From assembly GCA_963742965.1 (NCBI GenBank), contig CAVUOC010000006.1:5967-69966 (forward strand): a stretch of 64,000 bases of DNA, given 5' to 3'. This DNA is from an uncultured beta proteobacterium. Lineage in GTDB: Bacteria; Pseudomonadota; Gammaproteobacteria; Burkholderiales; Casimicrobiaceae. Below, one piece after another: positions 1-10,495 of the stretch. Positions within the stretch are counted from its first letter, which is position 1. Each line of letters opens with the position of its first letter. Under the pieces are notes generated by a model, which ran no database searches, was not told the DNA's origin, and saw only the letters and a program-made list of their open reading frames with translations. The position numbers were made by a program, and so were the translations under genes.

Positions 1-783
1 CGGCTTTGCCGTGCGCGGCATCGTGCGCTCAATTAGGACATGCGGACGTGCCGCCGCCTGATCGATGCTCCGGAGCAAGTGCCCGAGACGGGGCATTTGC
101 GGATGGTCGATGACCGGCTCATCGAAGATACCACCACGCGATTCGGGCGTAGGCCTTGGGCAGCCAGTGTGGCCGCAAGTTCGCCGACCGATCCCCGAGC
201 CGATGGTTGAACACGAAGTCCAGGCATTGGGTCGTCGGCCACGTGCGTATAGGCAACGACCGCGTCATGCCAGGCACGCAGCAGCGACGCGGCAGCGGGC
301 GTCGTACCCCAGACCTGGACCGCGCCGCTGCAGATGAGCTGATCGTGCGCCACGCGGTCGATGGACCTCGAGAACTGGAAGAAACGACGCTCGCCCACCA
401 TGCCGCGCGAACTCGGGGTCCACACGGGACGGGCATGTACGCGTCGTTGTCATCCAGGGCGAGCCAGTTGAGAATTGCGAAGTCGCAGCCTTCACCCACG
501 AGGCGCCCAATCAACTCGGGGACGCGCCTTATCACGGTGTCGGCATCGAGATAGAGGAACAGGACGCCCCACCTCGCGCAACACGTGCCAGATGAAGTTT
601 GCCTTTGTGTGCGCCGGGTCGAGGTTGCCGTTGGCTGCGATCGAATCGTGCACGGCCGGCACCTCGTACACGGCATGGGTCAGGCCGAAGCGACGCAGGG
701 AATCGGGCGAGGCGCTTGGCAAGCGCGGCATGCGACGGCGTGAACATCGCGGCGACGACGAACGCTGGCTCGCCTGCCGGCAA
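1..783 (-). pseudogene. glycosyltransferase-like protein (DXD-type YLDAD motif); 3' end leaves the window; frame broken about 5 times
   Basis: Pieces of ORFs 532..783, 492..842, 119..676 and 33..425 read as one protein only with frame switches: MPAGEPAFVVAAMFTPSHAALAKRLA / DSLRRFGLTHAVYEVPAVHDS..FIWHVLR / WGVLFLYLDADTVIRRVPELIG..DAYMPV / WTPSSRGMVGERRFFQFSRSIDRVAHDQLICSG..THVADD / QCLDFVFNHRLG..ARIAWWY / FDEPVIDHPQMPRLGHLL. Family call is by general resemblance only. Confidence 0.4.
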
Positions 784-874
784 GTGCTCGAAACGAAGTG
801 ATAGGTGCGGCCTGGCGGCGGGCGGAGGTCGTGTTCACACAAGTGGTCCCCCTGCCAGGAACTCGCCGAAATAG

Positions 875-1672
875 TCAGAGATTGCAGAACGCGAGCTCGA
901 AGTCCACGTCACCGCTGTACGCATTGCCTCGATCCATGCCGGACACGCCGATGAACCGGATGTTCAGCGCGTACTTGTTCGCGCTGATCTCGGGCACGCA
1001 CGGCAGCCCCTGCGCCACGGTGAGCCGCAGGAGCTGCGCGACTTTGGTCGTCGTCAGCATGAGCTGAAACACGCCGCTCGCCGCGGTCTGCCGGCTGGCG
1101 CGGCCGTTGTCGCGCAGGATGCGCAGGACGATGTTGAGACCGTCGTAGATCGGCAGGAACGGCGCGATCCATCCGCGCAGATCGTTCTGCCGCGCGCCCG
1201 GGTCCGCATTGAGCCAGTAGTGGTAGGCGGGCAGATCGAACTCGCAGACGCCCCCGGGGATCGTCGTGCGCTGCTTGATCGTCATCAGCCACTCGTTGTC
1301 GCGCAGGTGCACGCCGGCCCTGCCCGTCTGGGCGAGCAGCGCTGCGCTCGCGCGATCGATGTCGGCGAGGAGCTGCTCGAGCACGCGAGGCTCGATCGCC
1401 GGATTGTTGCGCAACGGCTGGAGCAGTTGCTTCTGCCGCTCGAGCTCTTGCAGCAGATCGGTCTTGAGGTCCGCGCGCGCGGCGACGTCGGTGATCTCGA
1501 AGAGCACCGAGAGCGCGGCGTGGTGATCAGCAGGATCGACCTGCGCCGCGAAGAATTCCGCGCGGCGATAGAGATCCTCGAGCCGCATCAGCGTGCGGAT
1601 GCGCTCGTTCAACGGGTGCTCGTAGCGGATTACGGAGGGCACGCTGCGCGGGGAATTGTGCCAATCCGGCAT
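875..1672 (-). CDS. zapD: cell division protein ZapD
   Basis: ORF 875..1780. From Met37 (1672) it reads ..SVIRYEHPLNERIRTLMRLEDLY.., the ZapD/YacF N-terminal signature. It lies downstream of coaE as in many proteobacteria. GTG at 1642 is an alternative start. Confidence 0.85.
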   Translation of the reverse strand: MPDWHNSPRSVPSVIRYEHPLNERIRTLMRLEDLYRRAEFFAAQVDPADHHAALSVLFEITDVAARADLKTDLLQELERQKQLLQPLRNNPAIEPRVLEQLLADIDRASAALLAQTGRAGVHLRDNEWLMTIKQRTTIPGGVCEFDLPAYHYWLNADPGARQNDLRGWIAPFLPIYDGLNIVLRILRDNGRASRQTAASGVFQLMLTTTKVAQLLRLTVAQGLPCVPEISANKYALNIRFIGVSGMDRGNAYSGDVDFELAFCNL

Positions 1673-1712
1673 TCTGCCCGAAGTCGCGCCGTCGAATAAA
1701 GGCTCGATGGCC

Positions 1713-2336
1713 TCAACCGGGCGTGTTTCGTTGCTCCGCCGCGGCCGCCAGCGCGCGGTAATGCTGGTCGAGCGCGGCAACCTGGGGTGCGATCGCGGTC
1801 ACCGGCCCGGAGTTGTCGATCACGTCGTCGGCCCGCGCCAGCCGTTCGGCGCGCGGGAGCTGCGTCGCCATGATCGCGCGCACTTCGTCGTCGCTCAGTG
1901 CGCTTCGCGCCGCGACGCGCCGTACCTGGACGTCTTCGGGACAATCGACGACGAGAACGCGGTCGACGCGGGTCGCGCCCTCGCGCTCGAGCAGCAGCGG
2001 GACGACGAGGATCCCGTACGGCCCCGTCCATCGGGCCATTTCCTTGCCCGCCGCCTCGCGGATCAGCGGATGCAGGATCCCCTCGAGCGCGGCTCGCGCG
2101 TCGGCGTGCGTGAACACGAGCTGGCGCAAGCGCGCGCGGTCGATCGTCCCGTCGGTGCGGCGAAACAGGGGGCCGAATGCCGCCAGCACGGCCGAATGCC
2201 CGGGCTCGCCCGGCGCGGTCAGCGCGTGCGCGAGGCGATCCGCGTCGGTCAAATCGACGCCGAGGCTCGCGAACGCATCGGCCACGATCGACTTGCCGCT
2301 GCCGATTCCGCCGGTGAGTCCGACGACGAGCGTCAC
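1713..2336 (-). CDS. coaE: dephospho-CoA kinase
   Basis: Tail of ORF 1713..3119. The GTG start overlaps the pilD stop (GTGA). P-loop VTLVVGLTGGIGSGKS; 207 aa. Confidence 0.9.
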   Translation of the reverse strand: MTLVVGLTGGIGSGKSIVADAFASLGVDLTDADRLAHALTAPGEPGHSAVLAAFGPLFRRTDGTIDRARLRQLVFTHADARAALEGILHPLIREAAGKEMARWTGPYGILVVPLLLEREGATRVDRVLVVDCPEDVQVRRVAARSALSDDEVRAIMATQLPRAERLARADDVIDNSGPVTAIAPQVAALDQHYRALAAAAEQRNTPG

Positions 2337-3184
2337 GGGAAGATGATCTTCACGAGCGGTCCGCCGAAGAACAGCGCGACCCCTCCGGCAATCGCGAGGT
2401 AGGGACCGAAGGCGAGCGGCAGCTGGTTGTCGCGCCCCTTGAACACGATCAACGTGATTCCGATCGCCGCGCCGACGACCGACGACAGAAGCACGATCAC
2501 CGGCAGCACCTGCCAGCCGAGCCAGGCGCCCAGCGCGCCGAGCAATTTGAAGTCCCCGTGCCCCATCCCTTCCTTGCCCCGGATCAGCTTGAACAGCCAG
2601 TAGATCGTCCACAGCGCCAGGTATCCGGCGGCCGCTCCGATCACGGCGTCGCGCAGCGGCGCAAACAAGCCCCAGAGATTGGCGATGAGCCCGGCCCAGA
2701 GCAGCGGCAGCGTCAGGTCGTCGGGAAGGAGCTGCGTGTCGATGTCGATCATCGTCAGCGCCAGAAGCGACCACAGCAGCACGCAGGCGGCCGCGCCGCG
2801 CGGCGTCGCGCCGAAGCGCCAGATCGCGTACGCGGCGAGCAGGCCGCCGAGGATCTCGACGATCGGATAGCGGGCCGAGATCGGCGCCTTGCACGCCGCG
2901 CACTTTCCGCCGAGCGCGAGCCACGAGACGACGGGAATGTTCTGCAGCGCGTTGATCGGCTGGCCGCAGGCGGGACACGCGGAACGCGGGACGACGAGGT
3001 TGTACGCGGGCTGCTCCGCCGCGGTCTCGCCGCGGAGCTCGGCGCATTGCTCCCGCCAGCTGCGCTCCAGCATCTTCGGAAGGCGGTGGATCACGACGTT
3101 GAGGAAGCTGCCGACGCACAGGCCGACGAACAGGGCGACCGACGTCGCGACGACCGGGTCGGCTATCGCGTCGGAGAGTGACAT
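2333..3184 (-). CDS. pilD: prepilin peptidase / N-methyltransferase (A24 family)
   Basis: ORF 2333..3184, 283 aa. Cys pairs CPACGQPI..GGKCAACK; polytopic membrane protein; follows pilC. Confidence 0.9.
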   Translation of the reverse strand: MSLSDAIADPVVATSVALFVGLCVGSFLNVVIHRLPKMLERSWREQCAELRGETAAEQPAYNLVVPRSACPACGQPINALQNIPVVSWLALGGKCAACKAPISARYPIVEILGGLLAAYAIWRFGATPRGAAACVLLWSLLALTMIDIDTQLLPDDLTLPLLWAGLIANLWGLFAPLRDAVIGAAAGYLALWTIYWLFKLIRGKEGMGHGDFKLLGALGAWLGWQVLPVIVLLSSVVGAAIGITLIVFKGRDNQLPLAFGPYLAIAGGVALFFGGPLVKIIFP

Positions 3185-3280
3185 AGGCAGATGCGGCGTC
3201 GCGGCGCGACGAACCCGGCCCGCGGCTTCCGGATCAGCCGCGGGGTCGGGCCGCCACCCATGATGGCCCGGAGCGCGCGC

Positions 3281-4510
3281 TCAGACGACCGAGCCCAGCT
3301 TGAAGATCGGCAGGTACATCGCGACGACCAGGCCGCCGATGACCACGCCCAGGAAGACGATGATGATCGGCTCGAGCAGGCTCGAGAGCGCCGACACCGC
3401 GTCGTCGACCTCGCGCTCGTAGAACTCCGCGATCTTCGACAGCATCCCGTCGAGAGATCCCGACTCCTCGCCGATCTGCGTCATCTGCAGCACCATCGAC
3501 GGGAAGAGCTTGGTGTTCGACATCGAGTTGGTGAGGCTCGCGCCGGTGCTCACCTCGGTCTGGATGCGCTTGGTGGCGCCCGCGTAAACCGCATTGCCGG
3601 AGGCGCCGGCCACCGCGTCGAGCGACTCGACCAGCGGTACGCCGGCCGCGAACATCGTCGCGAGCGTGCGCGTCCAGCGCGCGATCGTCGCCTTTTCCAG
3701 GATGTCGCCGACGATCGGTATCTTGAGCGAGACGCGGTCGACTCCGTAGCGGAACGCCGTGGACCTTCGCAGCAGCGTGAAGAATCCCGTGAGCGCGCCG
3801 GCGACGATGATCGCCATCAGCCACCAGTAGGTGACGAAGAAGTCCGACATCGCCATCACCATCAGCGTGGGCGCCGGCAGGTCCGCGCCGAAGCTCGTGA
3901 ACACCTGCTTGAAGGCGGGAATCACCCAGATCATGATGACCCAGACGACGACGATCGCCACGACGATGACCGAGATCGGATAGAACAGCGCCGCCTTGAT
4001 CTTGCCCTTGATCGCGAGGATCTTTTCCTTGTAGGTCGCGAGCCGCTCGAGGATCGCGTCGAGCATCCCGGAGGTCTCGCCGGCGCTCACCAGGTTGCAG
4101 TACAGGCTGTCGAACTGGCTCGGGTGCTCGCGGAACGCCTGCGAGAGGCTCGACCCGGACTCGATCCGGCCCTTGATGTCGAGCATCAGGCGCGAGAAAC
4201 GCGCGTTGCTGTGGCCGCGCGCGACGATGTCGAACGCCTGCAGCAGCGGCACGCCGGCGCGCAGCATCGTCGCGAGCTGGCGGGTGAAGAACGTCACCTC
4301 CTTTTCGCCGACGCGGCGGCCGCCGCGGAACGACTGCTTCTTGACCCGCGTGACGCGGATGCCCTGGCGGCGCAGGTTGGTGGTGACGACCGTTTCCGAC
4401 GCCGCGCGCACTTCGCCGCGCACCTGACGGTTGTTCCGGTCGAAGCCTTCCCAGACGAAGATGTATTCCTTGACGTCCCTGCGCTGCGCGGCGGTGGTGG
4501 CGGTGGCCAT
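3281..4510 (-). CDS. pilC: type IV pilus assembly platform protein PilC (GspF family)
   Basis: ORF 3281..4510, 409 aa. GspF/PilC-like sequence; lies between pilB and pilD. Confidence 0.9.
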   Translation of the reverse strand: MATATTAAQRRDVKEYIFVWEGFDRNNRQVRGEVRAASETVVTTNLRRQGIRVTRVKKQSFRGGRRVGEKEVTFFTRQLATMLRAGVPLLQAFDIVARGHSNARFSRLMLDIKGRIESGSSLSQAFREHPSQFDSLYCNLVSAGETSGMLDAILERLATYKEKILAIKGKIKAALFYPISVIVVAIVVVWVIMIWVIPAFKQVFTSFGADLPAPTLMVMAMSDFFVTYWWLMAIIVAGALTGFFTLLRRSTAFRYGVDRVSLKIPIVGDILEKATIARWTRTLATMFAAGVPLVESLDAVAGASGNAVYAGATKRIQTEVSTGASLTNSMSNTKLFPSMVLQMTQIGEESGSLDGMLSKIAEFYEREVDDAVSALSSLLEPIIIVFLGVVIGGLVVAMYLPIFKLGSVV

Positions 4511-4529
4511 GTTTACCCTCGATGATCCG

Positions 4530-6258
4530 TCATTCGTTGGTGCAGGCTTCGACTTCCTCGAGCGAGGTGATGCCCTGCTTGACCTTGAGCAAGCCCGACT
4601 GGCGCAGGTCGCGCACGCCTTCCTTCTTTGCCTGCTCGGCGATGTCGAAGGCGGTGCCGTTGCGCATGATGAGCTGGCGCATCTCGTCGCTGATCGGCAT
4701 CACCTGGTAGATGCCGACGCGGCCCTTGTAACCGGTTCCCTTGCAGTGATCGCAGCCCTTGGGGCCGAAGGGCTGCCAGCTGCCGTCGAGATCTTCGTCG
4801 GTGAACCCGGCGCGCAGCAACGCTTCCGGCGGGATGTCCTCGGGCTTCTTGCACTGCGTGCACAGGCGTCGCGCCAGCCGCTGCGCGGTGATGAGCAGCA
4901 CCGAGGAGGCCACGTTGAAGGGCGCGACCCCCATGTTGAGCAGCCGCAGCAGCGTGTTCGGCGCGTCGTTCGTGTGCAGCGTCGAGAGCACGAGGTGGCC
5001 GGTTTGCGCCGCCTTGATCGCGATTTCGGCGGTCTCGAGGTCGCGAATTTCGCCGACCATGATGATGTCCGGGTCCTGGCGCAGGAACGCTCGAAGCGCG
5101 ACGGCGAACGTGAGCCCCGCCTTCTCGTTCATGTTGACCTGGTTGACCCCGGCGAGCTGGATTTCCGCCGGGATCCTCGGCCGTCGAGATGTTGACGCCC
5201 GGCTGGTTCAGGATGTTGAGGCACGTGTAGAGCGACACCGTCTTGCCGCTGCCCGTGGGGCCCGTGACGAGGATCATCCCGTACGGGCGCCCGATCGCGT
5301 GCATCATCGATTCCTGCTGCTCGGGCTCGTAGCCGAGCGCCTCGATGCCGAGCTTGATGCCCGACGAGTCGAGGATACGCATCACGATCTTCTCGCCGAA
5401 GAGCGTCGGCAGCGTGCTCACGCGGAAGTCGATTGCCTTGGTCTTCGAGAGGACGATCTTCATCCGGCCGTCCTGCGGGACGCGCTTCTCCGAGATGTCG
5501 AGCTTGGAGATCACCTTGATCCGCGACGCGATCTTGTCCTTGATCACGAGCGGAGGCTGCGCCATCTCCATCAGGATGCCGTCCAGCCGGTAGCGGACGC
5601 GGTAGAACTTCTCGTAGGGCTCGAAGTGGATGTCCGAGACGCCGGCGGCGATCGCGTCCATCAGGATCTTCTGCAGGTAGCGGACGACCGGCGCGTCCTC
5701 GACCTCGGAGCTCTCCTCGTCGCCCGCGGCCTGGCCGGTATCGGACTCCTGGAGGTCGACCTCGAGGTCCTCCATCGAGGCGCCGGCCTCCTTCAGCAGG
5801 GCGCCGGAGGCTTCGACGAGCTTGTGGATCGTCGCGGCGAGCTTGTCGTTCTCGACGACGACGGGCTCGACGACCAGATTGGTCTTGAACCGGATCTCCT
5901 CGAGGCCCTGCAGATTCGCGGGATCGGAGGTGGCGACGAACAGGCGGTTGCCGCGCTTATGCAGCGGCAAAACGTGCCGCGTCTGGGCAATCTTGAGGTC
6001 GATCAGGTCCTTCTGCAGCAGGTCGGTGTCGAACCCGGCCAGATCGAGCAGCGGGACCCCGAACGCCCGCGATGCGAAGATCGCGAGCTGGTTCGGCGTG
6101 ATCCGCTTGCCCGCGAGCACGTGATCGACGAAGCTCACGCCGGCCTGCTGCGCCTGCGTCTGCAGCGTCTCGGCCTCGTACTCCGTCATCAGCCCGTGCT
6201 GGGCGAGCGCGCGCGCGAGTCCGCTGATGTTCCTCGTCGCTGCGGCGTGCGTTGCCAT
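4530..6258 (-). pseudogene. pilB: type IV pilus assembly ATPase PilB, one frame break
   Basis: N-terminal 363 aa are in ORF 4513..6258 (..[33 protein letters not shown]). The C-terminal 200 aa are in ORF 4530..5132 ([43 protein letters not shown]). Deleting one base near 5169 (GATCCCGGCGGAAATC) gives ..[22 protein letters not shown].. Confidence 0.85.
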
Positions 6259-6394
6259 GGGCTAGAAGGTTCGAATACGGTTCGCGGGTTTTGGGCGCCG
6301 AATCATCCCGAACGGTTAAGCAATTCCTGTGCCGTGTCGGCTACAACTGCGTGACGATCGTCCCCGGCGCGGCGTTATTCCGCTTGCATATAAC

Positions 6395-7711
6395 TTAGCC
6401 GGTCGATGATGCCTGCCCCTCATGGCTTTGTAAAGAAGCCGACGGCACGCGCCCCACGGGGGCGAGCAGTTTTACGACTTTTACGCCACGGTCCTGAGTT
6501 TGCAGGATTTCGATCATCTGCCCGGAAACCTCGACATGCGTGCCAGCCGAGGGGATTTCCCCCAGGTGATCGACGATCAGGCCGTTGAGCGTCTTCGGGC
6601 CGTCGATGGGGAATTTCGTGCCGAGCTTGCGATTGAGCGTTCGCAGCGGCGCGAGCCCGTCGACCACCACGCTGCCGTCGGCGGCGCGGCGGTAGGTTTC
6701 GGTGCCGCCGGGCGCCTGCGTCGTGAAATCCCCGATGATCTCCTCGATGATGTCCTCGATCGTCACGAGGCCTTTGAGCTCGCCATACTCGTCGACGACG
6801 AGACCCAGCCGCTCGCGGTCGGTCTGGAACTGCTGGAGCTGGACGAGCAGCGGCGTCCCGGCGGGGACGAAATAGGCGGGACGCAGGATCGAGCGCAGCG
6901 CTTCCGCCTCGATGTCGCCGCCCCGCTGCAGATGCACGACCTGCTTCAGGTGGATCACGCCGACGATGTTGTCGAGCTCGTGCTCGTAGACGGGCAATCG
7001 CGTGTGGTACGAGGTCGCGAGCTGCTGCGCGACCTGCGAGGGCTTCGCCGCAAGGTCGAGCGCATGGATCTGGTTGCGCGGCGTCATCACGTCGTCGACG
7101 CTCACCGCCTCGAGGTCGAGAAGGTTGGCGAGCATCGCGCGGTGCTTGCCGCGGAAGTACTGGCCTTCGAGGACGAGCGAGCGCAGCTCCTCCTGCGTGA
7201 GCGTCGTCTCCGGATCGCCGACCTGCTGCAGGCGCAACATCCGCAGCAGCCCCTGGACGAACAGGTTGACGAACCAGACGATCGGCTTCGCCACCTGCAG
7301 CATCGGCGCCAGGATGTAGGCGACGACGGGCGCGATCCGATCGGCATGGGCCGCGCCGACGACCTTGGGCGTGATCTCGGAGAAGACGAGCAGGCCGAAG
7401 GAAATGGCGACCGTGCCGAGCGCCAGCGCGAGCTCTCCTTCGCCGAACAGGCGCTTCGTGATGACCGCCGTCAGCGTCGCCGCGCCGGCCGCGACGAGCG
7501 TGTTGCCGAGCAGGATCACGCCGAGCAGCGCGTCGGTCTTGCCGAGCAGCGCCACCGCGAGCTTGGCGCCGCGCTCGCCGCGCTGCGCGCGGTGCTTGAG
7601 CCGGTAGCGGTTGACCGCCATCATCGCCGTCTCGGCGATCGAGAAGAAGCCCGAGGTCGCGAGGCACACGGCGAGCGCTGCGCCGAGCGTGCTTAACGGG
7701 ACGTCGTCCAT
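6395..7711 (-). CDS. HlyC/CorC family transporter (DUF21 membrane domain, CBS pair, CorC_HlyC domain)
   Basis: Part of ORF 6395..8548 from MDDVPLSTLGAALAV.. (438 aa). The ATG overlaps the upstream stop (TGATG). Matches the E. coli ypjD-yfjD neighbourhood next to ffh. Confidence 0.85.
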   Translation of the reverse strand: MDDVPLSTLGAALAVCLATSGFFSIAETAMMAVNRYRLKHRAQRGERGAKLAVALLGKTDALLGVILLGNTLVAAGAATLTAVITKRLFGEGELALALGTVAISFGLLVFSEITPKVVGAAHADRIAPVVAYILAPMLQVAKPIVWFVNLFVQGLLRMLRLQQVGDPETTLTQEELRSLVLEGQYFRGKHRAMLANLLDLEAVSVDDVMTPRNQIHALDLAAKPSQVAQQLATSYHTRLPVYEHELDNIVGVIHLKQVVHLQRGGDIEAEALRSILRPAYFVPAGTPLLVQLQQFQTDRERLGLVVDEYGELKGLVTIEDIIEEIIGDFTTQAPGGTETYRRAADGSVVVDGLAPLRTLNRKLGTKFPIDGPKTLNGLIVDHLGEIPSAGTHVEVSGQMIEILQTQDRGVKVVKLLAPVGRVPSASLQSHEGQASSTG

Positions 7712-8548
7712 CAGCGCCCGAGCAGGACCTCGAACACGAATTTGCTGCCGAGGTAGGCGAGAAACACGAAGAGGCTGCCGGCGATGATCCAGCGCAGCGC
7801 GACGCGGCCTCGCCAGCCGTAGCGCCAGCGGCCCCAGAGCAGCGCGCCGATGGTGAGCCAGCCGAGCACCGAAAACACGATCTTGTGCGTGAAGGTGAGG
7901 GGCTTGCCGAACAGCTGCTCGGTGAACACCATGCCGCTCGCGAGCGTCACCGTCAGCAGGACGAAGCCGACGGTCACGAGCCGGAAGAGAAACCGCTCGA
8001 GCGTGAGCAACGGCGGCACCGTGGCCCCCGAGGCGTCGAGCACGCTGTGCCGGAGGCGCTTCTCGAGACCCATCACGACGAGCGCGAGCACCGCGGCGAC
8101 GAGGAACATCGCATAGCGAGACGAGCGCGACGGCGACGTGCAGCGCGGCGAGCGACTCGGCGCCGTAGGCGAAACGGTGCGGATTCGCGAAGACCGGCGA
8201 GACGTGCGGCAGCAGCGCCGGCAGCAGCACCGCCGCCGCGGCAATCGGCAGGATGATCGCTCCGATCGCGGGAACCGTGCGCAGCAGGCCCGACGCCCAC
8301 GCCACGGCAGCGAGCAGCGCGCCGACGACCGATATCGCGTTGAGCAGCGAGAAATCGAGCCCTTGCGCGGTGGCCGTATCCTGGACGACGGCCCAGGCGT
8401 GAAGCACGAGCGCGGCGGGCAGCAGCCAGAATCCCCACGCCGCGCGCGACGGCAACGAGGGTCCGCCGGCGGCTGGCGCGGGCGAGGGCCAGAGCGCGCC
8501 CACGGTGAGCGCGTAGAGAGCCGCAGCGGCGACGTGGAGTAAAATCAT
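7711..8548 (-). pseudogene. cytochrome c assembly (CcsA-like) family inner membrane protein, YpjD-like, one frame break
   Basis: N-terminal part is in ORF 6395..8548 (MILLHVAAAALYAL..LHVAVALVS). C-terminal part is in ORF 7711..8244 (YAMFLVAAVLALVVMGLEKRLRH..). One extra base near 8117 (GTCTCGCTATGCG). Confidence 0.7.
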
Positions 8549-8666
8549 CGGGCTTTGGCGTGCGGCGTACGCCGGTGTGCGGGCGCGTCCAGTTTACCCC
8601 AGGTGCGTCGACGCTTCCCGGCAGCGCGAGCGCCGCAGCGTCGACTCTCCATCCAGACCGGACCCG

Positions 8667-10013
8667 ATGTTCGACAATCTCTCGCAGCGACTCTCGCGCG
8701 TCGTCAAGCAGTTGCGCGGCGAAGCGCGCCTCACCGACGCCAACATCTCCGACGCGCTGCGCGAGGTCCGTCTTGCATTGCTCGAGGCCGACGTCGCGCT
8801 GCCCGTCGTCAAGGAATTCGTCGCGCACGTGCGGGAGAAGTCGCTCGGCGCCGAGGTCGTCGGCTCGCTGACGCCGGGGCAGGCGTTCGTCGGCGTCGTC
8901 CACCGCGAGCTCGCCGCGCTGATGGGCGGGACGGCCGTTGCGCTCGATTTCGCGGTGCAGCCGCCCGCCGTCGTGCTGATGGCCGGATTGCAGGGGTCGG
9001 GCAAGACCACGACGACGGCCAAGCTTGCGCACCTGCTGCGCGGCCAGAAAAAGAAGGTGCTGGTCGTCTCGGCCGACGTCTACCGGCCCGCGGCGATCGA
9101 GCAGCTCGCCACGCTTGCCAGGCAGGTGGGCGTCGACGCGTTCCCGTCGGCAGTGGGCGAGAAGCCGGTCGCGATTGCGACAGCTGCGGTCGACTGGGCG
9201 AGGCGGCACTACCACGACGTCGTGCTCGTCGACACCGCCGGCCGTCTCGCAATCGACGAGGCGATGATGCGCGAGATCGCGGAGATCCATGCGGCGGTCA
9301 AGCCGGTGGAGACGCTCTTCATCGTCGATGCGATGCAGGGCCAGGATGCGGTCAACACCGCGCGCGCGTTTCGCGAAGCGTTGCCGCTCACCGGCGTGAT
9401 CCTGACCAAGCTCGACGGCGACGCGCGCGGCGGCGCGGCGCTGTCGGTGCGCCACGTCACCGGCGCGCCGATCAAGTTCGCCGGCGTCTCGGAAAAGATC
9501 GACGGCCTCGAGACGTTCCATCCCGAGCGGATGGCCTCGCGCATCCTCGGCATGGGCGACGTGCTGACGCTCATCGAGGACGCGCACAAGACGATCGACG
9601 TCGAAGAGGCGCAGAAGCTCGCGAAGAAGGTGAAGTCCGGGAAGGGCTTCGACCTCGAGGACTACAAGGCGCAGATCGCGCAAATGCGCAAGATGGGCGG
9701 GATCGCCGCGATGCTGGACAAGCTTCCGGCGGAGCTCGCGCGCGCCGCGCAGGACACGACGATGAGCGAGAAGAAGATCGCCCGGGTCGAGGGGATCATC
9801 AACTCGATGACGCCCGCGGAACGGGCGAAGCCCGAGCTGCTCAAGGCTTCCCGCAAACGCCGGATCGCCGCCGGGGCCGGGGTGTCGGTCCAGGAGGTCA
9901 ACCAGCTGCTCAACCAGTTCGAGCAGACGCAGAAAGTGATGAAACTGGTCGCAAAGGGCGGAATGCAGAAGATGCTGCGTGGAATGAAGGGTTTGCTGCC
10001 CGGGCTCCGATAG
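8667..10013 (+). CDS. ffh: signal recognition particle protein Ffh
   Basis: ORF 8577..10013 from Met31: MFDNLSQRLSRVVKQLRG.., GLQGSGKTTT, DTAGRL, Met-rich M domain. 448 aa. Confidence 0.95.
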   Translation: MFDNLSQRLSRVVKQLRGEARLTDANISDALREVRLALLEADVALPVVKEFVAHVREKSLGAEVVGSLTPGQAFVGVVHRELAALMGGTAVALDFAVQPPAVVLMAGLQGSGKTTTTAKLAHLLRGQKKKVLVVSADVYRPAAIEQLATLARQVGVDAFPSAVGEKPVAIATAAVDWARRHYHDVVLVDTAGRLAIDEAMMREIAEIHAAVKPVETLFIVDAMQGQDAVNTARAFREALPLTGVILTKLDGDARGGAALSVRHVTGAPIKFAGVSEKIDGLETFHPERMASRILGMGDVLTLIEDAHKTIDVEEAQKLAKKVKSGKGFDLEDYKAQIAQMRKMGGIAAMLDKLPAELARAAQDTTMSEKKIARVEGIINSMTPAERAKPELLKASRKRRIAAGAGVSVQEVNQLLNQFEQTQKVMKLVAKGGMQKMLRGMKGLLPGLR

Positions 10014-10060
10014 CGGCCGCCCGGCGCGACGGGGAACCGGGCTTCCTCGGGAACGACCGC

Positions 10061-10090
10061 TTGCCGGGAGGGGCCGTCCTGTCGTAAAAT
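10061..10090 (+). promoter_or_regulatory. candidate sigma70 promoter of the rpsP operon (TTGCCG-18 nt-TAAAAT)
   Basis: TTGCCG at 10061-10066 and TAAAAT at 10085-10090, about 45 nt upstream of the rpsP ATG. AT-rich hexamer in a GC-rich background. Motif match only. Confidence 0.35.
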
Positions 10091-10134
10091 AGAAAGCTTT
10101 CCCGACGAAACCCCGTCTTACGGAACCGGACAAC

Positions 10135-10424
10135 ATGGTCGTCATCAGATTGGCTCGCGGCGGCGCAAAGAAGCGCCCCTTCTTCAACATCGTCGTCGCC
10201 GACTCGCGCAATCGGCGCGACGGGCGCTTCATCGAGCGCGTCGGCTTCTACAATCCCATCGCGACCAAGAACGAGGAAACGCTGCGTCTCGCGGTCGACC
10301 GCGTCGCTTTCTGGCAGGAGCGCGGCGCCAAGGTGTCCGATACCGTCGCCGGCCTGGTGAAGCGCGCGGCGAAGCCCGCAGCGGCACCCGCGGCGGCACC
10401 GGCGGCGCCACGCCGGCTGCCTGA
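10135..10424 (+). pseudogene. rpsP: 30S ribosomal protein S16; the frame as given has no stop until 11004
   Basis: [41 protein letters not shown].. is unmistakable S16. After the Ala/Pro tail ([14 protein letters not shown]) the frame stays open through rimM. TGA at 10422-10424 lies in the -1 frame, consistent with one missing base in 10385-10420. Confidence 0.85.
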
Positions 10425-10495
10425 CGCCGAGGCGCCGGCCACGGCCGGAGGAAATCGCTCGTTGGGGACGGCGCCCGTCGCGCGACGCGATCGTC

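Noticed and set aside
5160-5175. Programmed ribosomal frameshifting at the pilB break (and at other breaks)
   Set aside because: There is no slippery heptamer or downstream structure at the junctions examined. The breaks are far too numerous, and they occur in gene families not known to use recoding.
6366-6390. sigma54-like GG..TTGCA motif in the pilB / corC-like spacer
   Set aside because: The GG-to-GC spacing is 15 nt, not 12. The motif points toward the 3' end of the convergent corC-like gene, not toward pilB.
8073-10232. 719-aa ORF antisense to ffh. Similar giants: 19884..22124 antisense to ureC, 24006..26189 antisense to urtA/urtB, 10774..12420, and 1713..3119 upstream of coaE.
   Set aside because: They are Arg/Ala/Pro/Gly-rich low-complexity translations with no recognisable motifs. 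They lie opposite or out of frame to genes with unmistakable homology. They are the expected stop-codon-poor shadow ORFs of very GC-rich DNA.
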